From Octopus vulgaris (lineage: Eukaryota), in assembly GCA_951406725.2 (NCBI GenBank), contig OX597826.1, forward strand, positions 44,392,001 through 44,456,000: DNA of 64,000 bases. The letters run 5' to 3'. The notes below the pieces were generated by a model. The model had not been told where the DNA came from, ran no database searches, and was given only the letters and a program-made list of their open reading frames with translations. Positions within the stretch are counted from its first letter, which is position 1. Each line of letters opens with the position of its first letter. Of the stretch, positions 39,801 through 54,690 are shown piece after piece. The position numbers and the translations under genes are program-made.

Positions 39801-40411
39801 GATGAAATACTTAAAAATATCATCTGAGAGAATGCGATCCAAAATACTATGCCTACATCTGAAAACCATTTAACTTTAAATACATGTATCCAGAATAATT
39901 CTTTTGCATTTTCGCAGGAGAGAATAGCACCCAGCGACTCACAAATCCATTAACAGGCGGCGATTTATAATCACAGTAATTCTTAGAACTCGTAGTTCTC
40001 ACACTTTTATGACTAGCTCTGCAGTAGACATTTTATTTCATTAAATTCTTTAATTCACATTTAATTTGTATTTGATCAATTTATTAGGTTAATTATAATC
40101 CTGCTTCGTTATTACACGCGGTATTGACAAACTATTATGTAACAGACATATGTATGTATTTCTCCTTTAAATATTTAATAGTTAGAACTGACTATTAAAT
40201 ATTCCTTAGTGCTGTACTTTACAGACGTGTATAGAGCCGTCTACTTTATAATACAGACGTGTGAGAAATATTTACTTAGTTACGCAGGAATGAATTGTGG
40301 AATTATTATCTGACCTCATTTCCTCATTTCGTTCGAATAAATCTAATAATTTGGAAAGATTTTGGTGTCAGAAGTTCCTAAAAATTAGTTGTGTATCTGT
40401 ATAATGGTCCA

Positions 40412-40700
<289 letters not shown>

Positions 40701-40701
40701 C

Positions 40702-41200
40702 AAGTGTGTGGGTTAAAATTTGACAGTTTCCATAAAGAGAAAAGAAAACAATATCTCTCCAAAGATAAAATTATTCCAAAAATAAAAGAATATCAACTCA
40801 AGATTATGACTGGGAGATAACAGTTTATGCAAATTAGCAGGCTACTGCTTCAACAATAGCCTCAAGACGGTGTCGGAACCTGGCACATGCTTTCCTTACT
40901 CTGTCCCTGGGAGGATCTTCGAACACTTTGATCTCGGCCAGTAGTTTTTTCCATGATGTTGCAGGCAGAGCGGTTGATATATTTCTCAGCCAAGCCCCAC
41001 GCATTATTATTACATGGCATTACAATCGAGGGAATTAGGAGGCCAGAAATTGAGCTTACTGGAGTCGTAGACATTCTCTGACAGCCAGTTCTGATTCTTT
41101 CCGGAGGTATGGCAAGGGGATGAATCCTGTGGCCTCAAATATGGCCCCCTCAAGCAGTTTTTAAAAGTGTTCATAAACAAGACGATATTCTCCATTGAGA
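40702..41200 (-). mobile_element. Tc1/mariner-superfamily (maT/DD37D-like) transposase 3' remnant
   Basis: QDSSPCHTSGKNQNWLSEN...FWPPNSLDCNAM (cf. QQDSAPCH...WPPNSPDCNPLD). Confidence 0.85.
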
Positions 41201-41849
41201 TCGACCATCCATCAAGCTATCCAGAATATAGCTGCTTATGATGATATGTAATATCATGTAATATCCAATTGAAACTTAAATAAATAAATACTATTCTTAC
41301 CAGTATATACTTTACTCACGTTTCCATCCGAAAATACTATCTGAATCTTTTAATTATATACGTATAAAGTGTAATGGAATGCAAAGATATTGGTAAAACA
41401 TATAAGGACTTTTCACAAGTATCCTCAACTACGAAAAATACCATACAGCAGCAACAAATCTTCAAAACAGATAACAAATTTGTGGAATCCAAAATTATAT
41501 TCCTCTGAACAAATTTCTGAATATGATTCTATAATAATTATTTGAAACTGATTATGAAATATTTGTTACTATTTCTTCAAACCATTTCATCTAATCATAG
41601 TGCCAGATGATACATTAAAACCCTGCGGGTCTTCAGATATTGCAACTACTCTTGTAATGCTTTCAGGCAGTTTGAGTGTTTCCAGTGTTGTCGTTCTGCG
41701 ACTGCTGATGCCAGTTTCCGTACCACAAGATTGCTACTTATTTCTCTATTTCTATAATTTCATATCTCACAGTTGTCTGAATTATATCATTAGGAAGTAA
41801 TTATATATCACCTGACTCAACGAAATAACAGGACCATAATTGCTGCTTG

Positions 41850-42085
41850 GTGATGAAACCATGCAGCCGTTCAATTTCCAAACATTCCTGACTAGTGGGG
41901 TTACAACGCATGTAGAACGGATCTGTCTGTAAATCGGGTAAATGGCAGACAATTTTCACTTTGTCCTGCCTTGAGCCCTTAAGTATTGCATTGGGTTGAA
42001 AGCGAACCATTGTAACTGTTGGTGTGTCATGGGAAAATTTATATCGTCGGTGACCATCTGCCTTTGATTTGACTACTGCCAAATT
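41850..42085 (-). pseudogene. Possible decayed Helitron/PIF1-type helicase C-terminal fragment
   Basis: KFSHDTPTVTMVRFQ followed by a frameshifted AQG..K...IYP, weakly resembling PIF1 R.QFP...KAQGQT..VGIYLP. Confidence 0.3.
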
Positions 42086-42154
42086 CTTCAAGAGAAAGTG
42101 AGAGAAAGAGAGAGAGAGAGAGAGAAAAGAGAAACGGAGTGAGGTAAAAAAAAA

Positions 42155-42300
42155 AAACGTTTTTCAACCAGTACAGGATTGGTACTTTATATCAACCCAT
42201 AATGAATGAAAAATAAACATGATTTCGGCGGAATTTGAACTCAGAGTGCATACATCGGGAAGGTTAGGAACGCTCTAACGACTCCACCGATTGAGTGCCT
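42155..42300 (-). mobile_element. SINE family A, degenerate
   Basis: ggtactttat...cggcggaatttgaactcagag...ctaacgact. Confidence 0.6.
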
Positions 42301-42860
42301 AGTCTTCATGCGTCTGTTGTGTATTATGAAAGGGGTAGTATGGTAGATCTGAGACATAGCTTTTCCGCTTCGTTCAAACACTCTGTAACTTTTTCCTTTA
42401 CCTTTCAAAAACGATGACTGAAAAGTGAAGTGTTTCTTTCTGGTAAATTTGTTTCACGGTCGCTGCTGCTAAGCAAATCCAAATCAGTTTTGATTGAGCA
42501 ATACTACATCACAAACAAAGCCAGAACAAACGATCGGGTGCCACTCATAAGTCACCTGATCTATATTTAATACGCATCCACCACAGAATCATGCATCATA
42601 CTTTGAGATTCCGTGGTGACTAGTGCAAAAATGAGCTATGGACAGTGTGGATATATTCTACACTCACTCAACTGTCTAGCATATAAATGTACCTCTGTAG
42701 ACTCTAGTGCTGACTTTAGTAGAGCTGGGTGAGTTATAGTGGTTGAATGTCTGTGTATCTCTATTCAATAACAGATGATACAACTAACGGTTGGTTGCTT
42801 TTCTTGGTTGATTCTCGGCCTCTATCACATCGTAATTTCTGCGGTTAGGCTTTATTTATT

Positions 42861-42909
<49 letters not shown>

Positions 42910-43384
42910 AGTAAAGAGAGTTAATAACAGAGTAGTTATGGAAAAAGTCCAAGTTTTTCAGAGATTGCTCTTCGATGGAGCAGATTGTAATTATGACGAT
43001 AAAATTTAGAACAATAATAACATATTTATTGCAACTATACAAATGAGAAATTTGTTTTATTTAATTTTATGTCAAAGCAATAAATAACTTTCTTTAAAAA
43101 ATTATATTCATTTTCCCATTTTGTATAAGCACCAAGAAATTTGATAAAAGTTAAATTATAATGATTGTATGTAAACCATATTTCCTGACTTTACCTATTC
43201 TGGCAAAAGTACACTTTCAATATTACTCACCGTTTTACGTGTGACAATATGGTCAAATTATGTTGCTCGATGGGCATTCAACCAGCGAAGCCATGGCCTA
43301 TTAAATATTAGCTGAAAATCAGTTAAATATAATAGATCATGTGTACCAAATTAAGCCAAAAATTTCAAGAGCACTTCCTCTTAG

Positions 43385-43685
43385 ATATTGTTCCTTCTCG
43401 AGTCACGCCTGGCTCATTCGGGCCGGTTTCTCGGTTTCCTTGGCATATAGGTTTCCCACCAAGATGGGACGCCAGTCCGTCGCAGGTGAGCTACAAGATG
43501 CAGGAGGAAAGAGTGAAAGTTGTGGCGAAAGAGTCAGCAGAAGTTCGCCATTACCTTCTGTCGGAGCCACGTGGAGCTTAGGTGTTTCGCTCATAAACAC
43601 ACACATCGCCCAGTCTGAGATTCGGACCTGCGATCCCTCGACCGCAAGTCCGCTACTCTAACCACTAGGCCAAGTGCCTCCACCT
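43385..43685 (-). mobile_element. SINE family C variant
   Basis: Head ggaggcacttggcctagtggttagagtagcggact; tail ggctcattcgggccggtttc.cggtttc shared with 63820-63850 and, inverted, 53935-53970. Confidence 0.8.
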
Positions 43686-44829
43686 CTAAGTCATTGGGGC
43701 AATCAGAACATAGTGTGTCTGTCTAACTTATTCTAAGTGGTTGTTTCACTTCTTTTATCTTTTTCAATCATTGAATTTCACAGATACGCACTACGAACTA
43801 CATTCCTTTCTAAGACTGCAGTGTGTTATTTGAGGGTGCTTTGGGTGTTATTTCGAGCTTGTCGGGCAACCATGTAAAAGCTTCCTTGTTTGTAACATTG
43901 ATGAAAATTGTCTGAAAGGGTTGAGTATGCCCTAGTTTGAGGAAAGGAAAAGAGAGAGAAAGAGAGAGCAAGGTAGAGAAGGAAAGAGAGTGGGAGAGAG
44001 GACCAGTGGGCGGGAGAGGGGAACACAGAGTGGAAGGGAGAAAGAGATAAATAGACAGATAGATAGAAAGAGAGAGAGAGAGAAAGAGAGAGGGGCATGG
44101 GGAGAGGGAGAGAGGAAAGCCCTTCGTCTCAGCAGTAATCTGGGATCTGTGTGGTTTCTTAATTCACAAGTGACTGTTTCTCTATTAGAACAGTTATATC
44201 TTCTTTTTCAATGTAACCCCACCCAACAAATATAACAAAAGCAAAAAGGGGAAAGCAAACCAAAAACCTAATGCTGTAACTCGTCCTTGTTAATGTATTC
44301 CATCACGTACACCATTTATCCACCTTTATGGCTATAAAGAAACCATATATTTTTTTTTGGTAAATCTGTAATATTATTAGTGGACGTTTTACTGGCAATA
44401 AAAGAGTGAGTTGTTAGAATCTACTTGAATCTGTTCAGCTCTTCAATTTCATCAAGTTTAAACAATGTATTTTTTTTTATTATTATTCTTTTGAATCATC
44501 GTCGCAAGCTATAGACGATTTGTTTCATACTTATCAAAAATTCAATTTATGACACACGCATGTAAAGAGATAGACAGACAGAGATACAGACACGTTTAGG
44601 GATTGACTCACACTTATAAGCACGCATACATACACACATACACAGAGTGTTTTCTGCTTTTTTTTCTTAATCCACTCCCTTTCTTTTTCACCACACATAG
44701 AGATAAAGCAAATGCCTATACTGGCAAAACATTTAAAAAGAGACAGCGATAAATAGAGAGCGGGGAGAGGAGGAGAGACAATGTGAGTGTGTTTGTGTAT
44801 ATCAGAGAACAGAAAAGAGCCGGAGAGAG

Positions 44830-45600
<771 letters not shown>

Positions 45601-45879
45601 CAGAAACTCAGAAAGTGTTAGACAAAGAGACAAACAGAAAGAGATTTCTGTTCATACATAATTCTGTCTCGATGACTGCCTCCATAGACAATTGCATTAT
45701 ATTTTCCCACTACTTACATGAAATATAATCGTATTTATATATATATTTTTTCCTTTTTCACTTCATAGAAGGTTTTCTAACTCAATTCATTTATGTACTA
45801 TTTTCTATATTTTTTTCCTCTGCTAACATTGTGTGTTTTTCCAACATTTTATTCCGAGGAAGGACAGCAAAGATAGACC

Positions 45880-45914
<35 letters not shown>

Positions 45915-46220
45915 AGATAGAGTAAGAGAGAGAGGAAGAAAGATAGCTTATTTGAAGCCCTTCACCATATGGGTCAGTGTCGCGTATTTCTAAGTTCTAT
46001 TTTCCCCCCTGGAATTCAGTAGAATGACTAGAAAATATATAATATATAATATACATACACATACACAAACACACGTGCGCGTACAAACACACACACATAC
46101 ACACACTCATATATATATATATATATATGTATATGCATATATATATACAGTGACAGTAATCACCACTTCAACCACCACCAACATTCCTCCTCCTCCTCCT
46201 CCTACTACTACTACTACTAT

Positions 46221-46328
<108 letters not shown>

Positions 46329-46729
46329 ACATCACCACAGTTATAATTACAAACGCTGCCAATCCTATTTTTTTTAATTATTTATTTATTTTAAATGTGA
46401 CTCTCTAACAATGGTAGAGTAACAATGACATTTCTAACATCCACCTCTTGAGGAGTCGCGATGGGAAATGGCGGGGAATCTAAAGACGGGATTTGTAATT
46501 TTGTAAAAATCCGTTGTCATCTAACACGAACAAAGTTTCCTTTGTGAAGGAGCTTGTAATATTGGTAGCTTTAGATGCTATCGACAAATCAATACAGATT
46601 GCCTACATCTTGGAAAAATGTCATTCGTATCTATATATATAAATCTGGTGTTTCTTTTTTATTCTGATCTTCGTAAGATTAGACAACTGGGATTTTTGGT
46701 TCTGTTTCCAAAGATGTATCTTAATAATT

Positions 46730-46856
46730 TAGATGTACTTGCCTGGTAAGTAATTTGATCTGAGACTTATGCGTTGAAGCTTAGATATACTGACCAGTTG
46801 CGGTGGAATCACGTCAATGACCAGCTTGCAGTTGATACAACGAAAATTTTGACATC
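46730..46856 (+). mobile_element. Decayed second copy of the 33718-34044 element
   Basis: agatgtact.gc..g.aagtaatttgatctgaga matches 33723-33756; gtca-ATGACCA-g...caac-gaaaattttgac matches the variant hammerhead. Confidence 0.6.
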
Positions 46857-46874
46857 AATGCAAATAATATATTT

Positions 46875-47077
46875 ACTCGTTTACTTTGTTTCAGTCATTT
46901 GACTGCGGCCAGGCTGGAGCACCGCCTTTAGTCGAGCAAATCGACCCCGGGACTTAATCTTTGTAAGCCCAGTACTTATTCTATCGGTCTCTTTTGCCGA
47001 ACCACTAAGTGACGGGGACGTAAACACACCAGCATCGGTTGTCAAGCAATGCTAGGGGGACAAACGCGGACACACAA

Positions 47078-47127
<50 letters not shown>

Positions 47128-47292
47128 GACAGGCTTCTTTCAGTTTCCGTCTACCAAATCCACTCACATGGCATTGGTCAGCCCGGTGATATAGTAGAAG
47201 ACACTTGCCCAAGATGCCACGCAGTAGGACTGAACCCAGAACCGTGTGGTTGGTTAGCAAGCTACTTACCACACAGCCACTCCTGCACCTAT
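46875..47292 (-). mobile_element. SINE family B, full-length
   Basis: Reverse complement of the 20062-20500 structure, with internal (CA)n(TA)n. Confidence 0.92.
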
Positions 47293-47331
47293 ATGTTTAA
47301 GTGTAATTAATAATTTTTTCTGTATTTAAAT

Positions 47332-47545
47332 GGGTGGGCTGGCAGAATTGTTAGCACTCCGGGCAAAATGCTTAGCGACATTTCGTCCGTTTTTACGCTC
47401 TGAGTTCAAATTTTGTTTAGGTCAACTTTGCCTTTCATCCCTTTAAAGGTCTATAAAATAGGTACAAGTTAAGCACTGGGGTCGATGCAATCGACTTAGC
47501 CCCTGCCCTGAACTTGCTGGCCTTGTGCCAAAATTTGAAATCAGT
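47332..47545 (+). mobile_element. SINE family A
   Basis: gggctggcagaattgttagc...gagttcaaatt...ctttgcctttcatccc...ttgtgccaaaatttgaaa. Confidence 0.85.
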
Positions 47546-47894
47546 ATTTTTGTATGCGTTTACAATTTTTCCATGGCTAATACGTGTCTTCTACGCTGCA
47601 AGAGTCGATATAAATGCTGGTTTTTTGTTTGTTTGGTTGATTTCTCTAACCAAACTTTATTTATGTCATATAAAAGGGTTAAAAGATAGAAATAGCAAGT
47701 AGAAGAGAGATATAGAGAAAAGTAACATTAGAGGTACAGGATTAGAGCATATACTAGGCACGGTGTCAGACAATGGGAAAAGAAATGCTACACCCTTACA
47801 CCTATACACAGAGAAAGAATCATAGAGGTAGTAGAAGAGAGGTAAGTGAGAGAGTACTTATGGGATGAATTAAAAAAAGAATTGAGAAATGTGT

Positions 47895-48067
47895 TTCATT
47901 TAACTTCAGTCATTTTTCTGCGGGCTTTAGTCGAACAAATCGACCCCATGACACTATTTAAACCCTAGATCTAATTACATTGATCAGTTTTGGTGAACCA
48001 CTACGTTACAGGTCTTAAACATACCAACACTGGTTGTCAAGGTGGGGATCAAATACAGATACAAAAG

Positions 48068-48157
<90 letters not shown>

Positions 48158-48318
48158 CGACGGGCTTCTTTCAGTTTCCGTCTACCAAATCTACTCAGAA
48201 GACTTTGTCGGCCCGAGATTATGAGACACTTGCCCAAAGTGCCACACAGTGGGACTGAACCCGAAACCACTCGGATGTAAAGCGAGCTTCTTTACCACGA
48301 TGCTATGCCTGCACCTAT
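47895..48318 (-). mobile_element. SINE family B
   Basis: Same head, microsatellite and tail layout as 46875-47292. Confidence 0.85.
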
Positions 48319-48762
48319 GTATACCGATATATATATATATATATATATATTAACATTGTTGTGCCGTAGTGGTGCAATACACTGAAAAGACATTTGCATC
48401 GTATGAGAGGACTGTTATAGGCATACATTTAATATTTCTCTGGTATATACAAATTTCATTTAGGATATGTCAAAGTTTAGCGAGTAGTACAGAATCGTAA
48501 AGCTGTGCTGATAACAGAATGTTAATGCGATTGAAACTTTTAATATTGAATGACTGACTACCAATCTTTAACAAATTTACAGGTGAGCTAGAATGTAAAA
48601 CCGGATGCCACCTTGACAAATATGTTACAAATTTATGGAAATAGAATAAGATGTGTTTTATTATGTTGCAACTAGTAAAGGGGGTGAGCTGAGACAATTG
48701 ATAGCACGTCGGAAAGAAGTGCGTAACGGTATTCATATTTCGGGGTCGATAAAGTGAGGGCT

Positions 48763-48925
48763 AGGCGCAGGAATGGCTGTATGATAAGTAGCTTGCGTGC
48801 CAACTACATGGTTCCAGGTTCAGTCCCATTGCATGGCCCTTTGGGCAAGTGTCTTCTACTATAGCCCCGGACCGACCAAAGCCTTGTGAGAGGATTTGGT
48901 AGACGGAAACTGAAAGAAGCTCGTC

Positions 48926-49001
<76 letters not shown>

Positions 49002-49245
49002 GTATGTGTGTGTATATGTTTGTGTGTCTGTGCTTGTCCCCCGCCCCCAACATCGCTTGAGAACCGATGATGGTGTGTTTACATCCACGTAACTAGCGGT
49101 TCAGCAAATGAGACCGATAGAATAAGTACCAGGCATACAAAGAATAAGTCCTGGGGCCAATTTGTTCGATTAAAGGCGGTGCTCCAGCATGGCCACAGTC
49201 ACATGACTGAAATAAATAAAAGAGCAAAAGAGAAAAAGAGAGTAG
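48763..49245 (+). mobile_element. SINE family B, full-length
   Basis: ggcgcaggaatggctgt...ttgggcaagtgtcttc...(TA)n...gctccagcatggcc...atgactgaaa. Confidence 0.92.
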
Positions 49246-49787
49246 AGTAACAATTAAAAATAGTAATGAAATAGTAATCAAAACTGACCTAGTACTAAAA
49301 GCGATTATTAGTGGCCTAAGTATAAATGTTAGACAAAAGACACAAATAATAGAAACATAGAGGAAAGCCAGAGACGGTGGAAATTGAGCGCAGTACCTAA
49401 AGAGCCGTAGAAAATGCAGCTCAACACTTTGTCTGGCGCTCTAGCGATTCTCCCAACTTGCCGCCTTATATCCTATGTATAAATATATTAGGCACTTCAG
49501 CGATATCAACATTTACAAATATAAATACTTTATATACTTGAACGCTGATATAAATTATTCAAAATGAACATGTGTTATGAATATAGAACACTTGATAAGC
49601 ATATGCAAGCGCCTATACAACTTGTATTTACGAAAAGAAAACCCGAGAAACGATGTGTCCTCGAGTCTTTGCAGTTATTATTGAGAACATATATGATGCA
49701 TAGTATTCAAATTTATAGAAAAATACGAAGACGGGCGTAGGACCAACAAGCAAGTGTGTAAGTTGGACGTTAGGGAAAGATTGAAAA

Positions 49788-49826
49788 GTCATTTACGTTT
49801 CGAACCTACGCTCTTCGACAGAAAGT
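49788..49826 (-). ncRNA. Minimal PLE hammerhead, CUGUCGA core variant
   Basis: ttt-CTGTCGA-A-GAGC-gtag-GTTC-GAA-ACGT-A^AA; palindromic ACGT stem III. Confidence 0.6.
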
Positions 49827-50604
49827 AATAAGAGGAAATAAATACAGAGAGAAGAGAAGAAGAACGTGTTCAGTTCAGTGGTCCAAAAATGGTGAATGAT
49901 TGGAGAAAAAAGAGGTTGAATGAAAGATAGATAATTCAAGATGATCCCAAGGGGAGGTTCGCAAGCGTCTGTGTGTGTATGTAAGAATGGTGTGTAAGAG
50001 TGTGTAAGTGTGTATGTTTCAATGGAAACGAGTGAGTTTGACGTGTGTGTGTTTGTGCGTGTGTGACGTGTGTGTGTAGTGCGTGTAGCAATTGATGTTT
50101 ACTTTTTAACGTGGTGTGGACATGTTTTTTATGTGTGTGTGTGTCACAATGACCAAATAATGTGCATGTATATAGTACATGTATGTGGGTGACAGTTATC
50201 TATGTGTGATGCGTGTGTTTATGCGTGTTGCGTGCGTGTGTGTTTATGTGTATATATTGTCTGTGCTCAGGTATTAGGTGCTTGCGTGGGTGTGGGAGTG
50301 TGCATGATGGTGTGTGTACTCAGTTAAGTAGTGTGTGTGGATGCTCATGTAGGGGTATGTGTGGTGACTCTATTGAAGATTGTATGTGTGGATGATGATG
50401 TGTTGTGTAGATGCTGAGAAGTGTGTATATAGTGGGAAGGTGTTGTGGGTGTGTGTGTAATGGTATGTGAAGTGTATGGTGAGTTGAACAGTGTGTATTG
50501 ATGTATATATAGTGGTGCATGTAGGTAAGGGTACCGAGGTGGGCTGTATGCAGGTGTGTAGGTGGTGTATGTAGGAGGAGTGGTAATCCGTGTGGGATTG
50601 GGTG

Positions 50605-50820
50605 TCAAATGAAGAGAGAAGGTGAGTTGAGTCCATGTGACGCAAGGGAACGAACAGAGAAGATTAATTCCTGTCCATGGCGAAGGCTGGAATCCGTGTG
50701 GCCTCTGTGCATAGACAGTCCGATCACAGACAGATGTTGTAGCAAATGATCAGTAAAGCAGAAGCGGTGCGAAACCGGGGTGTCATTGCCGAGTCTGATA
50801 TCCCGGAGATGCTCCGCGAT
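50605..50820 (-). pseudogene. Penelope GIY-YIG endonuclease C-terminal fragment (5'-truncated)
   Basis: IAEHLRDIRLGNDTPVSHRFCFTDHLLQHLSVIGLSMHRGHTDSSLRHGQELIFSVRSLASHGLNSPSLFI*, matching the R..EH....PV..HF....H...E...I......P.GLN pattern of PLE endonucleases. Confidence 0.8.
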
Positions 50821-52369
50821 GGTCCAAGCGAGACTCGATAGAATGAACGTGGAGTTTCTATACCTTACCTTGAAGAGTTAGATAAGATGGATAAAATGTG
50901 ATCGTAGGATCACTTGCAAGGTACACAGACATATATAAAAGACATATTTGTATAACTCTTAAAGGATCTTTCTAATTTCTTGAAGGACTTCATATGATAA
51001 TATTAAGAAGAGAATTTACGTTTAAGAATGAACAGTAAATAGATACGAAGATGTTTAGGGTTAATTTTAAGAGTAAGGTATATGGAATAATAAACGCCTT
51101 TTGATAGCGAAATATCTATAGAATTTGGAATATTTCCCAGTACACGTATACTAGTTGTCGAATATTTCACTCTACACAGCATATATAAATTATGTATTTA
51201 ACCGGCGGTCATAGATGAGTAGCAAATGACAACGAACAAATACGCAGTAAATACAAAGAACAAAAAAACATCTCTAGAAGTATGGGTGAAGATATTGGAT
51301 ATAATCCGAAATACTGAAATGATTAGTTTGAATACACTAGCATGAAAAGAAACCATTTTGGCATGCCAACAGATGCTTGTTTGAGTAGGAACATTTATTC
51401 TGCTGGTACATACTTATACTTCAGGAAAATAACCACTTTCGGTCTAGTGAAGACTACAACATGACATACTTCAAATAAATATAAGTTTGTATTTTAAGTA
51501 ACTGAAATAGCATTTATACATCACTACATGACAAAAGAAACAATATGAAGAAATACTAGCAACATCTTTTTTACGAACTAATGCAATGAATTGCTATGGA
51601 AATTACGTTTACTTGTTATAACTTCATAGTATTATGATTGTGTTTTAATTTGAAAATAAAAAAAAGAAATGTCTCTTTTTATTATTTTTCTTTCATTTTT
51701 GTTCGTTATATTTTGTTTCTTCTGGTGTTCTATTTTGTTAATAAAGTCTGAATTTTGTAAAGATTTCCCTGAAAGCTTCTCTTTCATGGTGGCTTGTTAT
51801 TTTATATTGCATTTTTAACGTAATTACAGAGTGTAATGTCTCTATTTTGGGATTGATGGCTCCCACTAAAGGCAATAAACACTTGTCTTTCATCCAACAA
51901 AATTTGGATTCTTTCGCCTAACAATGAAAATCATAGCTTCAGGGCCGTCGAAGCAATCTAAATGAAGCAAAATTAAACTACAGAACATACAATAGACCGA
52001 TTAACAAATTACTTGTACATTGGCAATGCTTTGTTTCAATTCTACATTGTACAAGAGAATAAATCTATAAATTTTAGCCAGCGTTGTATCACAGACAGAT
52101 ATCAACATCTCTATATACTCCACCTTTGTAGACATAAATACGAGAATAAGCTGAACTAGTTTCAATTCTGTGTTAGAATTTCATCCGCGACCAATTACCT
52201 CCATCCTCGTTTAATCATGGGTGCTTGGTTCCAAAAACGAACACCATGTCAAAAGAATCAGTGATAGACGAATAATAGAATATATGGAGAAAATCGGTTT
52301 AGTTCTGTAAACTCAAGTATTCTTGAGCGTTGTGAGTGATCAGTGTGCAGCGTTTTTGCAGTCCAAGCA

Positions 52370-52581
52370 GTATCTTTGAGTGATAGCCGACCGTGTTCTT
52401 ACAGATAAGTCCACGACAAGTGTAACCAGGTTCCCGACTGAACCGCGTTACACATCAGTGATGGATGAATCAGTGTATCTTTGAGTGATGGCCGACCCGT
52501 GTTTTTACAGATAAGTCCACGACAAGTGTAACCAGGTTCCCGACTGAACCGTGTTACACATCAGTGATGAATGAATCAGTG
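52370..52581. repeat. Two-copy about 105-bp tandem repeat with an internal stem-loop
   Basis: Units start gtatctttgagtgat at 52370 and 52475; each has GTGTAAC-ca-GGTTC-ccgact-GAACC-gy-GTTACAC. Confidence 0.9.
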
Positions 52582-53742
52582 ATAAACGGGGATCGGTGTC
52601 ACGGAGACATTGCAAAATACGATGTAAGCTGTATCAATAATGTGCTGTGGTTAACTTATGGCTTTGAATTTAGTAAAAGATGGTACGCGAGACTGGGTGG
52701 CAATGTTTTGCATACCCCTATAACGAATTTCTGCGCGTTTTCTCTATGAATTACTTCTGTTGTTTTTGTTTGGTTGGCAGATGTTTCTTGATCAAAACTT
52801 AGAAATTCCTGACTTTGTTGGATTCTACATTCATGCTGCGGGGTTAGTTGATTTAGATACTTTCTTGTTTTTCTTTTCCAGTATATATTATGTGTGTCGC
52901 TGTTGTATACATTCAACTTTATCGCGTTTTTTCCCATCACCCCATTATGGTAAATTCTTTATTTTTTATGTATGTTCCTTTTCCTTTAGGTAGGATATGC
53001 TGGACAGTCTCCTGATAATCTTTCCGACTAAATGTTTTTAGCACTTTAGGATGATGTTTAAGATTTCGTTTGTCTGTGTATAGAGATAACACTTTCCAGA
53101 AATTGAATCTCACAAAAATGTTGATAGTTACTTGAGTCAGTTCAAATTATATTCTTTTCATTTTTCTTTTTATTAAATTCTTTACTGCATCTATCAGATC
53201 GTGTACTTTCTGTTTGTTTTAAATTCTCTTTCACTATACAGAAACTCGGATAAATTTATTAATATATATTTTTATATCAAACATTTATTCCCATATATAA
53301 GGCCCAGCAACGTCTGTACTTTTGATAAATTAGCTTTTCAGCTACGTAGCTTCGAGTTCATTACCACTGTGCGCGGTTCATTAACTCTCTCGGACCTAAG
53401 TTCCTGTGTCTAAATTTACTCTCCTCATGAACTCCTGGGCAAAAAAGAAATCTTCCATATAAAGCTCAAGAGTAACGATTGCAGGCAAACTAATGGACAT
53501 AATCTGCTGCATCTTTTTAATCGTGTGTTGTTCATTTTCGCATCACTCGGAATCCGACGTTTAATCTGTTCCTGCAATAGCTGGAATACAGCATGACAGG
53601 GTTGAGCAATGACAGAGTTAAGCAAGTGTTTTTTTAGTACAGCCCTGAACCAACGGTTACTTTGCGAGTGAATTTGCTAGATACAAACTTTGAGGAACCC
53701 ATCGCATAAATATGTAGATAAACGTGTGTCTGTATGCCTGCA

Positions 53743-53798
<56 letters not shown>

Positions 53799-53804
53799 TG
53801 TGTG

Positions 53805-53990
53805 TGTGCTCCGGCAGGGGGTGGTGGACACCCCTGTTGTATTCTTTCGCCGCAACTTTCTCTCACTCTTTCTTCCCGATTCTTGAGTAACGCTGCGATG
53901 GACTGACGTCTAGCTGGGAGGAACACATATGCCATAGAAACCGGGAAAGCGGACCCATGAGCCTGACTAGGCTTGAAAAGAGCTCATAAA
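53805..53990 (+). mobile_element. SINE family C 3' part
   Basis: gctccggcaggggg...caactttctctcactctttcttcc...gaaaccgggaaa, inverse of 63800-63960. Confidence 0.75.
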
Positions 53991-54582
53991 TAAAATCAAA
54001 ATCTATACCATACTTACTTACCAATGAGATTTCCCTGTCCACTTACTTTTACCTCTGACCAACCCATATTCTGCCCTCCACATTTTAATTTTTTATTTAT
54101 TTCTATTCATGTTTCGCTTTTGATTTTATCTTTTTCTTTCGAGGTCATTTATTTTGTTTTCCTAAAATAAATTGCCAACAAAAACACGTGTTGATAGACC
54201 ACCTAACGCAACCAACCCTCAACCACCATTACCAACAGTCACATATTTCAATGAAATTCTGCCTTGTTTGCAGACGCGTTTTAAATTTTGTTTCTCTAAG
54301 ATTACCACCGCCTGACTGTCACCCCCCTCTCAATATTTCTTTATGTCTGTCCTTGTTGCTGTCCCGTGTACTTTCTAAAAATGAAAAAAAGAAAAAAAAA
54401 CAAGCAAAAAAATAGAGGAAAAGGGATCTACTTTCCCCCATCTACATAAATACGATACAATGTCTGTCCAAACAATCTATGTTCAAACATTTCCCTACTT
54501 TACCTTACATTTATATCACTTTATTTATTTTTTACTTGTTTTTCGCTTTTACATCTCTTTTTATCCTCGTTACCCCGCTCTC

Positions 54583-54690
54583 CTTCTTCTTCTTCTTCTT
54601 CTTCTTCTTCTTCTTCTTCTTCTTCTTCTTCTTCTTCTTCTCCTCCTCCTCCTCCGTCTTCTTCTTCTTCTTCTTCTTCTTCTTCTTCTT
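54583..54690. repeat. (CTT)n microsatellite (a second one at 55545-55600)
   Basis: Direct reading. Confidence 0.95.

Larger units (their letters stand above)
49730..50820 (-). mobile_element. Penelope-like element 3' end (GIY-YIG C-terminus, CA-rich UTR, hammerhead-bearing terminal repeat)
   Basis: Coding remnant at 50820-50605, then about 700 bp of CA-rich UTR, then a hammerhead at 49826-49788 on the same strand. Confidence 0.8.

Noticed and set aside
52370-52581. CRISPR-like repeat
   Set aside because: Only two units, the 'spacers' are also repeated, the context is eukaryotic and there are no cas genes.
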